Shown here: positions 1 to 12,598 of the stretch, piece after piece | How positions within the stretch are numbered: the stretch's first letter is position 1 | How the letters are laid out: each line of letters opens with the position of its first letter | Assembly (NCBI GenBank): GCA_010093705.1 | Contig: MU006090.1 | Coordinates: 1,763,817-1,827,816, forward strand | Direction: 5' to 3' | DNA length: 64,000 nt | DNA from: Patellaria atrata CBS 101060 | Taxonomy: Eukaryota | Program-made: the position numbers and the translations under genes | Notes under the pieces: model-generated | Seen by the model: only the letters and a program-made list of their open reading frames with translations | Told to the model about the DNA's origin: nothing | Database searches by the model: none

Positions 1-2470
1 CCACTCCTTCCAACCTCCCTCCCATCCAACACAAACCCCCCACCCCCTCCTCGCCTCCCCCTCCGCCCTTACCGCCTCCGCCTCCCTCCCCAACGCCCTT
101 AACGCCTCCCCCGCAAACCTCAGCGCCCTCACAGTCTCAATATTAATCATGCCCTTACTCTTTCTCAAATCCAACCCCCTACCCCTCTCAACGTCCGTGT
201 GGCCGAAATTCCGCAACACCTCGAGCGCATACTTGAGGGTCTTGGCGGGATGGCGGTGGGCGCGCCAGGCGTCGCAGAGCCAGATGGAGGGGTGCACGAG
301 ACACAACCTCGGCAGGGCATCAAATTTTGGGGAGGGGTAGAGGAGCGCGAGTTGAGTAGTCAAGCGCTCGACGGAGCGGATCGTCGAGGTCGGGATGAAG
401 GAGGAGAGGGAGCCGGCTGTGTCTGCGCCCGTGCCTGTGGCGTGAAGGGGGTTCGACGGAGCGTTGGACGCAGACAGTCCGCCGCCTTTACGCATGACGA
501 CGGACTTGATGGTTTGGAAGAGCTGGTCGCGCTTCCCGCGGAGGGTGGGCCCGTCGGACTTCTCGGCGAGACAGAGCGTGCAGCCGCATTCGAAGCCCCA
601 GCTGTCGGCGTAAACTTTTTGGCGCTGCGACCAGTCCGGCCCGGGGGAGACGTATTGGTGGGTTAGCTCTTCGCCGGCGGGGATGTCCCGAGTGGCGCGG
701 ACGAGCTGATGGGAGCCGAGGAAGGCGCGGGCGGTGTTGGGGGTGCAGGAGTGGTTGAGGAAGGCGGAGCGAGGCCAGAGGGCTGTGGTCAGGCCGGCTG
801 TCGATTTGGAGAAGAGGTTGTGGATTACGGTTAGGGAGTGGAGGGGCGCGTTGAAGCAGTTTGTTACGCGGATGGATTCGATGAGGAAGCTGTGGTCGGA
901 TGTTAGAGGGTCGTTTTAGGAGAGAGAGAGGGAGTATTGGGCGATGGGTGACTTTGAGGGTGGGAATAGGAGATTTTCAAACTTACATGTCTATGACTGG
1001 GACGCCGTCGATTAGTATACCTTCTTTACCACTACGAGGATAGTTTCCGGCATCGAGAGCTAGAAAATCGGCGTTTAGAGATGGGTTGTTGTAGAGTTTG
1101 CGAATCAAGCCCCTGAGCAATGCAGCACTGGATGCAGGAAACACTCTGCCGTTATTGACGTTGAAGAGAACTCTTTCGCTTTCATCATTCGCGGAATAGG
1201 TATTCGGTAGATAAAAGGCTTTTTCGCATAACACAAGTTCACCTGCCTTGATATCGCGAGCTGCAAATGTGCCTCTGCCGTAGTACTCCGTTATACCCAC
1301 CTTCACATCTGCGGAATAAGTCGCGTTGTCGAGGTGAACGTTGCGGTTTGTGAGGGTTGAGCTCATAGCCTTGAAATCGTAACTACCGCCCTCTGCTTCG
1401 GCTAGGCGGGAGTTTGAGCGTTGGAGATCCTTTTTGAAGCTCGAATTCTTGGGATTAAGTTTTGATGCTGCTTCAAAGTGTTTCTTGCCTCGTTCGTACT
1501 CCTCCAACTCGTAAGCTGCTCTGCCAGCAAGGTGGTGAGCCTTTGCATCCGCAGTCCCATCTCCAAAAACCGAAGCAAGGGCGTCTGACTCCGTTGCGTC
1601 GAATCGCTGAAGTAGAAGATTTACCCCTGCACGCTTGCGATAGACATCACTTCGGAAAGCTTTGTCCTCCGATGATGCTCTTGATATGGCCTGAGAATAG
1701 CTATTATATCATTAATCAAATGCATCGATCGGTTGTGTTAACATACTCACCATTCAAGTGCACGAAAGTACTGTTTCGCCAGATATGCCTTGTCTCCAGC
1801 TTGTTTATCATCTGAAGCAGTCCTTGAGAGATTTTGATCTGGTTTTCTTAACTTTTCCGGGATGAACGAACTACCTTCCTCCAATATCAAAAGGTCTGAT
1901 GGATGATCCACCCGTATCGCGTAGTCTTCGTCCCCATTATACTTATAGAATGGTTCTTTGATCGCGATAAAGTCGTTTTCCGCAATGAAGCAATCCAGAG
2001 TCGTGTCATCCCTATTGTATATTGAGAGCTTTTCCACATCGCCTTCCTCATCTTCGATAACGACTATTACGCCGGTGGATCGGTATGGCGAGGAGATCAC
2101 CTTGCCAAAGACGACTTTCCCACGATGGTGGGTCTCTAGGGTCAGATCCCCTACATGTATCTGTAACTTATTAGCCCAAAGTATAATGTCAGGGTACGAG
2201 TTGCTTGACCGGTTCGAGTTCCTTTAGGGGCACGGTCGACGGCGGATATGCCTTAGGTAGAAAGTATTGTCTGATGACGTATGCTTCAGGAGATTCTGCT
2301 AGAGCTTTGCAATTGGTGGCGTGCGATGAGAGAATTTCTTCTCGACTAGGTTTGTTTGGTGGTTTTTGTCCCTCTACTGCTGGTGCTACTCTTGATACCT
2401 CTTTCTGTCGATCTGCAGTGTCTTCATACGGTCTCTCTTCCTCACCATCGAGTTCAGCGTCTTTAGACAT
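1..2470 (-). CDS. TPR + SET domain protein (SMYD-like putative lysine methyltransferase), multi-exon, runs off the left edge
   Basis: ORFs 2189-2512, 1747-2100 and 983-1507 plus a last exon below 889. SET motifs GRGTFAARDIKAGELVLCEK, AFLNHSCTPN, RATRDIPAGEELTHQY and post-SET WGFECGCTLC. TPR-like KQAGDKAYLAKQYFRALE. Start taken at MSKDAE (2470). Confidence 0.85.
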
Positions 2471-4363
2471 TATTGTTCTAAGTTCAATCGATGTATTTGA
2501 TAGAAGGTCCAAAGAATTGGTACATCAATGGTGATAACCGTAAGTGTAAGATGATACAGCTATTTCCCCTCATGTTGAATGTCCAGCTCCAGCTACTTTA
2601 TGATAGCTCTAGGTCCTAGGGTCGCTGATAAGGTCACGAGTTCTTTGAAGAGTACAAGAAGCGTGTCCTCTTGGTTGCTGAATATAACGGAATGGTGAGC
2701 CGTCGTAGCAAATGAAAAAAGGCGGAGGAAGAATTGTTTTATATGATGTGGCGTCAGATAGAGTGGCCCAAGGATCTTAACGAGATGCTTGAAGTACCCG
2801 ACATCCTGGGAGAGCGTGAGACTCCTGCAGTCGGCGTCGTGCCTGGTGGCGATCGGGGAATAACTAGATCCAGAAAACGCAAAGTAAATTGTAGTAATAG
2901 GTTAGCTTTGATATTAAAGCATGTAAGCTAATAGGTAATGCGCCACAGTGATTGAATATACATTACACTACAGGGTTGAATTTATCGGCCATATCTTGCT
3001 CATTATGGAATGATAAATGCATGCAAGTTGCATAGCCGTCGCTGCTGCTCAAAAGGGCTGTTCAAAGGTACAGTTCAGGTACTGTACATAAACTGAGATA
3101 CCTGCAGAAGAGACATACTGCTTTGAGAGCAGATCATACCTCTGAAACCGCAACGGGTGAACCAGTGGGTTAAAGCCATAAGGACAAGTTCATGGTACTG
3201 GTATGCAATATGCCTTTACACAGCTAGGACTATGGATGCTGGAGGAACACGTTGCGGCTCATTACTCGTATGTTGATTGAGTTTAGAACCAGTTCAGTAT
3301 GAGCTCCTGAACCTGTAATATGGTAACGACGTCTTTGAATTACCAGTACTTCATCACAAGACTAATAAATACTAAGGTAGTAGTCGTAGTTGTAAGTACC
3401 ACAAATGCTATAAGGAAGGTTAACTGTGATTAGTGATTAGTACCCGGCCGAAAGACGAACCCCTATTTGACGGAATCCTGATACACCGGCTGGCGACGAC
3501 TCCAGTAGTACACTTTCAACTCAACTTCACATCCGACGTCACGTCTTGAAGGCAATAACCCCTTTCCATGAGTCCCAACAACCCTTCTGTTTTTTTTCAA
3601 TATCCATTTGTGCCCAAAACCGATGATATAATTAGAAATATTTGACGCCGAAAATTTGTTGAACAGGTGAGAACATTTCGATCACCACTACCTGTACGGA
3701 CGAAAACTAGTAATGGGTTATGGTACACAATATGGTAACAAGTCTTCTAAGCTCTTCCTGAAAGAATTCGCATTGTAGTAGGGGTTTGAGAACAAAAAGT
3801 ATAGGGTAGTAATCAAAGTATTTGCATGAATAACTTGGTTCCTTCAATGACATCTTGAAATGGCAGCTGCATTGGTTCCATCGCGTGCTTCGGAGTTCTT
3901 CCACGAACGAATATTGCCAAATTCACATAAGAAGATATGATCCATCATGGTTTCTTATCCCCATCGATATTTTGACCAGAAGTTAGGACTCATAGATGCT
4001 CCTGAAACAGACCCTGCCGGCGAGCTTGACTGGCTATAATGCCATATCTCACCACTCAAGTGGACTTCCCTGGCATTAAGTGTGACTGGGAGGTCTGACA
4101 TATCAAAACCTAGTATTCCAACTTACTGAAGACGTGGTTCATAATCTCCTAACACATTAATTTCGTTCCCCCAGTTGATGCAAAAGAACTGGTCGTACGG
4201 ATAAACTGCAGGTCCTCAAATCTTTAAAAGGAGGCAAACAGGTCCCCCCATTTGGCGTAACTCTTGACATAGGAAATTGTAGATGGTACGGGACTTGCTG
4301 GCTGAGTTACCTGCGCGTGAAAGATAATGACTTTGTCCAAGGTAGGCGAGGTTAACGATGGAA

Positions 4364-5112
4364 CTAGTTGCTGGAATGGCCTGAGCGATATTCAACTTCA
4401 GGTAAAAACCTATCGAAGTCGTACCCCTGAGTATATCCCTTACCGTTCCATTGATTCGTAGATGTTTGATGATCAGTGGGCCACCCTTTGAGCCATTGCG
4501 CATTGCTTCCCTCTATTCTATAAGTACCATTCAAACTCTGCCCTACATCTGGGCGAGTGAGAGATGTCTCTCCTGCAATATACGTGTAAGGATCCGTTGG
4601 CACCATTGGAGGATGTAATGTCGTCTCTTGCGCCATGATGGAGGTATAACTAGACGAAGATCCCTGAAAGGCGAGGTTGGGAGTGTGTGCGGCGCCGGTA
4701 ACTTTGTTAGGGCTGGCGTCCGGAGCCAGTTCATTGATGATCCTCTTCAGATCAGCATTCTCGTTCTCCAAGTCCAGGACTCTTTGTTTCAAGGCAGATG
4801 TACGCCGTTGATCTCCAGCAGCATCGTAGTGACAGTCTTGTGGACTCTTCTTCTGGCATGGAGAACAAACCGGTCTCGCGCCGTCACACTAGAGAAGGGA
4901 AGTTAGAGGTAGTCTTAGGTCGTGGGACCACGGTAACGTGCCTTGCATTTCCGTTTCTGACATGGTTGACATGCGATCGTGGTGATGTTGAGTCTCTTTG
5001 CGGATTGTCTCTTGTTGGGGTTCTCAGAGGGAGGTGTACCGTCCTCTTCTCCTGACCGGGGAGGGGCTGGCAGAAGTGTGCGACTGGCATAAGGGGAAGA
5101 CATTATTTTCAT
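4364..5112 (-). CDS. Small Zn(II)2Cys6 transcription factor (~231 aa, 2 exons, GC-AG intron 4889-4941)
   Basis: Spliced ACQPCQKRKCK|CDGARPVCSPCQKKSPQDCHY restores the six-Cys binuclear cluster, followed by the coiled coil LKQRVLDLENENADLKRII. Confidence 0.85.
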
Positions 5113-5933
5113 GCTCCTACCAATGTCGTGTGCTGCACATATTCGGGTCCGAAGGCTCCTTATAGTAGTTTTGACGGATGCGCGACACAGCAGGCGGGTG
5201 GAAAGGTATGTAATTTCATCACCGCTAAGTTATACGACGATACAATACCAAAACCACAAGGCCCACATCAAGCTCTAGTAGGGGCATTCAGTACCCAATG
5301 ATAACCCAAAGTTAGTTACAAGTACCTTAGGGTCCTATCAACCGACTGCAAACTTCCAAGGGGTCAAAGAAATTGATAGTAACCTAAATGGAAGTCGAGT
5401 CATTTGGTAAGGTATTGGAGTAAGGTAAGTTATTAGCTTTAGGCCTTCTCCATTCTAAATATCTCTAACCGGTATATACGACGGCGGCGTGCGAGAGTCT
5501 CGCATGCGTTGATTGCCGCTTCACGGAGCTGCCTCCGTCTGTCGGGGAGTGATCTGCGATTGGGTCTAGTCGCACAAAAGTGGAGACATTGGAGAGAGCT
5601 TTTGCATTGAACGATGACTTGTAGATAACCACTTACCTTTCTCTGATCAGATGATGATACAGTACCTTTCGGCTTTGACGCAGTTTTTGGATTTAAGAAC
5701 CTGAACAACGTTTATGCTTAGGTAGAGCCTCAGACCATTATGTTACCGTAGGTTCCGTCATTTGCCACCGCGAAGCCACGTTTCTCTAGCCACGTCCCTA
5801 CAGCTCATATTTCTCTAGCCACAGGCTAGTACGCATATGGATAATAAGATACCATGGAATATGCTGACGGGAAAGGTTCAAGGTAAACTCCCGTCTACTC
5901 CCGTCATAAGGTATTTTAACCTCCGTTTCGGGA

Positions 5934-8900
5934 TTAGGTTTCCTCCCGATCATCTTCCTCCTTCTCGGCATCCACCCAAATTAAAACGCCGCGTTTCTCT
6001 GCTCTACAACCATCCGCAGCCAAAACCTTCAATACTTGTCTGAAGTATCGATCTACCACTCTCAGCTGAGGGTTAATCCATTTCCCGTGTATCAATGGGA
6101 GCACATTGAATCTGACTGTTTCTCTGCTCATCGGTAGCACGTGTAAAGCTTTTAATCGTGGCCCGCTCATCGCGAATTCTTCTGATCCCTCCATGGTCAT
6201 GTCAAACGTAAGAAAATGGATCGTTGGGTTTTCAAACGTATATGCGAGGTGAATAACGGACGGCACCGAAGATGAAGGCGCCGAAGTTCGGGTGGTAAGA
6301 AGCACGCGCGGCTCACTGCTGGGAACGATCTGGCGGGGTACGAGAAGTGTGCTAACAATACTCGGGGTAGCAGTCCCTGATTCAACGACCTTTCGTCTCC
6401 ATTTCACCTGAAGATCGAGATTGAGACCAAGTGGGCGACGCTCTTCCAGGTTGAGCTTTCGAACCTCTATATCAAACTCACGTTCTTGGAGGTCTCTTGG
6501 TGATACTTCGGCTTCCGGAATCGGTGCGTCGTCCTTCTTGATCTTGCAATTAGCACCTCCATCTATCGCGTGTAAGATCAAGTCCGCCTCCTCTAAGATG
6601 ATGGTCTCATCCGCAAAAGACATAATGCGAGCTGTCAATATCCAACTCTGTGCAATTCCAACAGCGTTGCCATCCTCACCATTTTGACCTTGGTTGACGC
6701 TGAAATAACTCGGCCAGGGATCCGGATGTACCCGTGGCCTGAACTCGTAATTTGCCTCGAAGAGATCCAGTATTACCAGCTCAACGGAAAGTGTCTTGGA
6801 TACGGGTGTATCCGGATCGCTGAGGAGATGATAGAGCACCTTGATCTCTAATACAAAGTCCGATGGTTGAGACGTAGCTGTGAATGATATCGACGCAGTT
6901 CGAGTTTCCCCAGCAGCCAATCGTCCAACAGTATGCTGAGGAAGTTCCGTCATTGATAAATTGCTAGTGGTGGACTCGGATCTGTTTTGCTTTGACGGTT
7001 GATGTGTGCCTGAAACCCAAGTAAACGTAGGGATAAGTTTGGAACGACCAACGACCTGGAGCTCCAATATGGCTTCTGTCTCCTCGTCTTCATGATTTGC
7101 GACTTCGACATCCAGGGTGATAGGTTCATCGCAGAAGTAGTCAGCTCGTAAATTGGGAAGGCTAAGGTCTACCTTGGGTGGCTTTGGATGTATTATAGTT
7201 GGACTGTCTTTCTCCCTCCCGAGCTGTTTGGTTTTTATGCCTCCGCGACTCTGGAACCACCAGGTAGGCCATCTCTCCACAATCTCGAAAGTAGAACTAG
7301 AGGTAAGTTTAAATCTCTCTCTTTCTATGGTTATTATACTTCCCACTGGTCGCACCTCACCAGCTTCTCGAAATATAATGGGAAATGACAACACCTTTAT
7401 TTGACCAGGGTAAAAGGTGAGGTCTGTCAATCCTGAGAAGCTTAGTTTTGAGCCCCCAGAGTTTGCTGTGGTCCCCTCAGCTATCTTCATATTAACAATG
7501 ATTGACTCACGTGGAGTTCCTAATGCCGTATGCGTTACGGAAGGACCATGTGAAATGGTAATCATATTGAGACATCCTTCGAACTGCACAGCAATATGAG
7601 ACAGTGTAACGGGTGCGGAATTCTTGTGAGCACTGGACCTAATGACCAATTGGGTCTTCATAGCGTTTGAAACGTGACCTTCACTGTCTTCGAAAGTACA
7701 AGATACTGCTACTACTTTTTGTTAGCCTTATTTATTTAATCTTAGTGTTAGTATAGATACATGATGCATTCGTCCATTTATAACGTTAGAAACAGAAAGA
7801 AGTACTTACGAAAAGAGGAAGTATCTGCGGCATTCAGATCAACCTCTATCTTGGTACCTAATCCATCATCTCCATAAGTTATGTCGTCAAGACAGTGATC
7901 GAGATCATGCTTCTGATCGGTATCTGTGCTAAGAGCTAAATGCATTAGAATCCTGGCTTAGAAGACGTTGAAGGTCTTACCATTATTGTACAACTCCCAG
8001 CAGGTAGCAAGCACCAACTCTGCTTCACGAAGATGCACGGCACACGTGTGTAACGCCGAAGCGACTTGATAAACCAAAGACCACCAGTGTTCTGCACGCC
8101 AGTTCATTCCTTCCCAAAGGGGTTTTAGAAAAGCAACAGCCTCAGCGAATCGCCCAGCTCGTACGAGTTCGGTACCGATATCGAGCTGGAGTTTTGATAC
8201 CCGACGATGCTGACTTCTACTGTAGAACTCTCCTACCGCTTGCTCCAATGTCTCAACGATTTCACGCGTATGGTCGTAGCCATCCACACCCGGTAATGCT
8301 GCCTCGATATGTGGTTGGGGAACGAGGTATGTGTCATAAGTGCCATATCGATGGGCTACTTGTGTCGCTGGTGACATTCCAGGAGGCACACGATCTTCCT
8401 CTGGTATGTCTTCAGCAAGAGTACGCCTTGCAAAAGAATGTCTTGCAGATAGCTCAAACCAATATCCGGCATGGTGGAGAAGATGCCACGGTGGTAGTCT
8501 TTCGCCAACAGGTATAGCCTTTTCAGCTGGAACGTAAAAAGTTGGCGCTTGACCTCCAATTACATCGCCTGCTCTATTGAAATCTTTGATGTTGAAACTT
8601 GGTAGATTTGCTCTCTGAATAGTTTCGGCCATTATTTTAGACCACCTTGCCTCCCAAGCTTGCCAACCATAATTACTGGACCCTTTGCCCCGTCGATCGA
8701 TTAAATCTTGCATCCTATCTCTATAGTCAACCCAAGCTTGCACCGCAGACGTGGGCAGATTGTTCCATAATAGACAACGTAAAATACGCAAAGCTATAGT
8801 ATCAGTGAGCAGACGGGTATCATCCCAACGCGGTGACCAGCTAGCTATTGTCTCAAAGACTCCGTCCGAGTTGAGAAGCCCATCCAGGGCAATACTATAA

Positions 8901-9948
8901 TGTCTACACGCTGCATCCATTTCTTGACGAAACTCAGCGAAAACTCCCAGTTTGTACTCATATCGCACTGCCCAGGCCTGGCTCGTTAGAGTTTGAGATG
9001 TTCCTCTTGTAGGTGGAACTGTGGGTGGGGGAGCGTATCCTCGACTCTTCTTCCGCCTAGAATGCTTCGTGAGATCCCGATAATATTCGATGCACCCTGG
9101 TTGGAGCGCAGAAAGCACAGTGCTGACAAAAGTAGATAGCTCTACTCGAGACGTATTTGGGGGGAGAAGAAATAATCCCGTCTTTGGATCTAGGCCTGTA
9201 CCTCGACGAATAGTATTAAGTCGTTCGTCAAGATCAGGCGCCTGCAAGACAGTTTTATCGCTCAGAACGATTACAACTAAGCGTGTTTTGTATTCCGAGG
9301 CCTGTAAAACCTGCTTTATCTTGGATATTTCATTTTTGAGCTGATTGTCATGCAAACTATTCTTCGAGGGATCAGATTTTAGCTCATAAAATGCTATGAG
9401 CGCCGATGGAACGAAGTATTGGTGCTTTGCGAGCCAGAAAGGGGTCATAATCCCGTCCGGGAAAGATGGAGAACCGGGAGAAAGGGGCGAAATAGGTGAG
9501 TGCAATATCCATGAAGCAGGGATCGTTGTAAGGGGACTTTGAGTCACTGGAAACTCATCGGGAGTTCTTGCAGGGGGAGCAGCTTTGCGCGGAGGGAGTG
9601 TAAAGCTCTAAAGTCCTATGGTATCAGCGGACATGTATGTGGATTTCCCATTCTGGGCTTCATCAGACCTACCCTCCCAACTGCCCTGAATTTGAAACCG
9701 ATGAGCTCTGTTCTACTCTTGCTCGACCAAGGTGCATTTGTGCCGTCAGCTTTCAGGAAATCTCGTAGTAACTCCTGAGCTCGTTCTCCTTTCAAGTTTG
9801 GCCATTCTGAATTGATGAAAGCCCCGCGATCCTGTAGAGGACTGTGGGATCGTGTAGATGAGTATTGACTATCCTCATGAGTACTTAAACCATAGAGCAC
9901 AATCAACGGAAGATTGTGCGCAACATAATCTGCAGGATACGCATCCAT
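5934..9948 (-). CDS. TRAPPC11: TRAPP complex subunit TRAPPC11 homolog (Foie gras / Gryzun domains), 4 exons
   Basis: N-terminus MDAYPADYVAHNLPLIVL; YYRDLTKHSRRKK, RYEYKLGVFAEFRQEMDAA and a Gryzun-type C-terminus. ORFs 9616-9948, 7958-9547 and 5934-7661 are joined by canonical introns. Confidence 0.88.
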
Positions 9949-10403
9949 CGCTGGGGGTGAGAACGGAAGGGACTACAAGAAACATAAAAGGTCCTCAGTC
10001 ATATCTTCATGTTCCGCGCGGATGACGTGCGCGTGGACTAAAAGCTAGTGAATCGAAAATATAGTATCATTGAACATTGAGTCTTAATTGCATGTTGAAG
10101 ATGCTTACTATCACTTCGTTGACTAGAACCGCGAAAGTCAGATAGATATTGATGGAGATTAGATCATCAAAGCTACAAGAAAGTCCCTTGGGCTTGGCGC
10201 GGTAAAATAGCTCCGCCATACAATCTAGCATTCAGCCCTCAACTTACTCTTTTGATACCACCTTGGTTTTCTCCTTGAAATTTGTCCTAGTTCTATGATT
10301 ATATGAGTACTTGAATCTTCTCGTACATATTTGAACATTTTCAAACAGGATTCACCTTGAAACCCCTACAAAGATATCAAGTGTTCAACGCGGTCCGCCC
10401 ACC

Positions 10404-12016
10404 ATGGCCGCGACTCAGGCTTTGATCGCGGAGACGATCACGGCGATGAAAAGAGCAGTACAACGGGCTGACGAATGTGAGTCACTAATAAACTTCCGCT
10501 TTCTTAGAACTGCAGTTACTGACTATACTGGTCCTCTGATAGCTTCCGAGTCTGACGATCAGATATACTACCCAACAAATCGAGCGAACAAGCTTAAACG
10601 TAAGGCGAGATATGTTCAGCAAGGACGACTGGACAATGGCGCGGGCCCTAAATCGTATAAAAGAGTGTGTTATGCTAAATTTCTTCTGAAATTGGGCTTG
10701 CTAAACCGTTGGGTAGAAAATTGGACATGCCAACTACGAGCGTTACATCATTCACCGCAACCCTCCGCGATACGACGTCGATGGCGAGATAGTCGACTTG
10801 GACGACAACGATATAGACTCGGATGCGCTTAGCGAACAGGACGAGAATCCATGGGCTGGGATCAAGATTGAAAGTTTGTCTCCCTGTCCCTCCAGATCAC
10901 GGCTCCTCGAACCTTAAACTAATATCTTGAAACTATATAGACACGCTAGCTCCACTCACATCCTTAACGCAGCTTGCTACGCATCCCAGCTGGTCTGCCC
11001 CATATCAGTCTCGAGCACTCAAGACCATGATCGAGGAGTGTCGCGAAAATTTGTATCGGGAACAGAATGCTTTGTGGCGAGCGAAGGAACTGCTGACAAA
11101 ATTCCGAGGGGATGAAACCTGGGCGCCGGTCGGAATATTTGCAACCGAGTATGATGAGCTCTTATTGCGAAATACTATTCCCGCTAGAGCAACTGCATCA
11201 TCAGCAACTCAGTCCATTCAAAATGGCGAACAACAACTACTAGAGTGGGACCCTTCAAGATCAGGAGCAGACGGGCTGAGAACGCCACCGCACAACTTGA
11301 ACCGAGCGAATAGGGACGTGGACGGACTAGTAATGGAGGATGTACAGAATTCACAGCTATCCGCGGGTACATCTCCTCAGATAACGTCCAACGGCGTGCC
11401 GGTCAGTAGTGAGGGTATGAAAATAGAAAACCCCACTACCAATGGAGAAAGCCACAATGGTATGACAGACTCTATCGGAGTACATAGTCATAATCTAGAT
11501 GCTCCACCCAGAGATAACCTTCCTTCACCACCAGAAGAAGATGACACCAGCTCTCAGGCGAACTCCCACCGCATGACGACCAGACGGCGCGCCCGTGGAC
11601 CCTCCAACCCTGCTTCAACCACTTCTTCGCCTGCCCCCACCTCTGAAACCGTACCCTCCGTTCACCCTTTCTTCGCCTTCCCTACACATCTCCTCACGGA
11701 TCGCTCTCTTGGGCTCCAACCACACATCGCGGATCAAATGCGGCAGATCCTTCTTCTTTATGTACAGAAACAGGACGAAGTGGTGAGAGGCGCGAAGGAA
11801 CTGTTAGATGGGCTACTGGCGGCGGACAGGAAGAGAAAGGAGGTGCTGAAATGGTCAAAAGCGGAAGCACATGTGGGGACGATGAAGGACGGCGAAGATT
11901 GGTATGATAAGGAAGAATGGGGTCTGACGGAGGACTTGGTGAAGGGTAAGGAGGAGGAGGAAGAGGTCGAGGTACCAGGAAAGAAGACGAGACAGAGGAG
12001 ACGCGCGGGGGATTAA
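10404..12016 (+). CDS. RXT2: Rpd3L histone deacetylase complex subunit Rxt2-like, 4 exons
   Basis: RXT2_N-like TNRANKLKRKARYVQQGRL, ENPWAGIKIE, LLTKFRGDETW and C-terminal EDWYDKEEWGL. Confidence 0.8.
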
Positions 12017-12206
12017 GATCGAAATGTTTTGCATAGATTGAATGAAATATACCCACTCTTGTCTATGCTTGTTTGCCTTGACTAGGTTTCCTCCTTTAAC
12101 AAATTCTATCTTGTTCAGCTTACCCGAGTACAAAAAGGAATAAAGCTGTTATGATCCGTTAACCTTGCGATGTGCTGCGCGACCGTATGAGAAAGAAGAA
12201 ATAAAT

Positions 12207-12400
12207 AAAAAAAGACAAATTGCAAAACAATTAGCCCCGTAGGACTCCTTGAACCCCCAGGACGGGATTTTTGCTGCCGCTGCTCCATTGACCTGAGGTT
12301 TACCGATAAACCCGCCCGGAGGGAATCGAACCGACGACGTTTCGAGGGGGAAGGGAGATCGTAGTCAGACTGCCTGACCGCTCTGCCATTGTTAGTTGAA
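12207..12400 (-). ncRNA. Candidate Pol III-transcribed structured ncRNA with a degenerate tRNA-like head (element E1)
   Basis: On the minus strand: TATA-like CTTTATATT (12428-12420), A box TGGCAGAGCGG (12388-12378), perfect B box GGTTCGATTCC (12332-12322), 3' hairpin (12278-12214) and T7 run (12213-12207). The acceptor and T stems do not pair, so this is not a functional tRNA. Confidence 0.65.
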
Positions 12401-12598
12401 ACAGGACTTCTCCTTGGCGAATATAAAGACGAGGGGGGCGAGGGGCGGAGAGCTTAGAAGGAATATCACGTGTAGTGTTTGTAAATGTTGAAGAGACTAG
12501 TTGGGACATGGAAGGAGGGAGGACCTCTCTACTACGAATCTGGGTCACATGATATATTGATGCTATATATAATACAAAGACTGAGTAGGTAAGACATC

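Noticed and set aside
2940..5830. RIP-degraded transposon around the small Zn2Cys6 gene, including the TTTCTCTAGCCAC duplication and CTAGCC/GGCTAG hairpin at ~5781-5829
   Set aside because: TpA-rich patches exist, but CpA/TpG persist and no transposase/RT remnants, terminal repeats or target-site duplications were seen.
12214..12278. HDV-like ribozyme (GCUAA after a hairpin)
   Set aside because: No P1/P3/L3 nested pseudoknot could be built; a simple long hairpin explains the pairing.
12310..12396. Functional tRNA gene
   Set aside because: A and B boxes are present, but the acceptor stem (CTAACAA vs CGGGCGG), T stem and anticodon stem do not pair.
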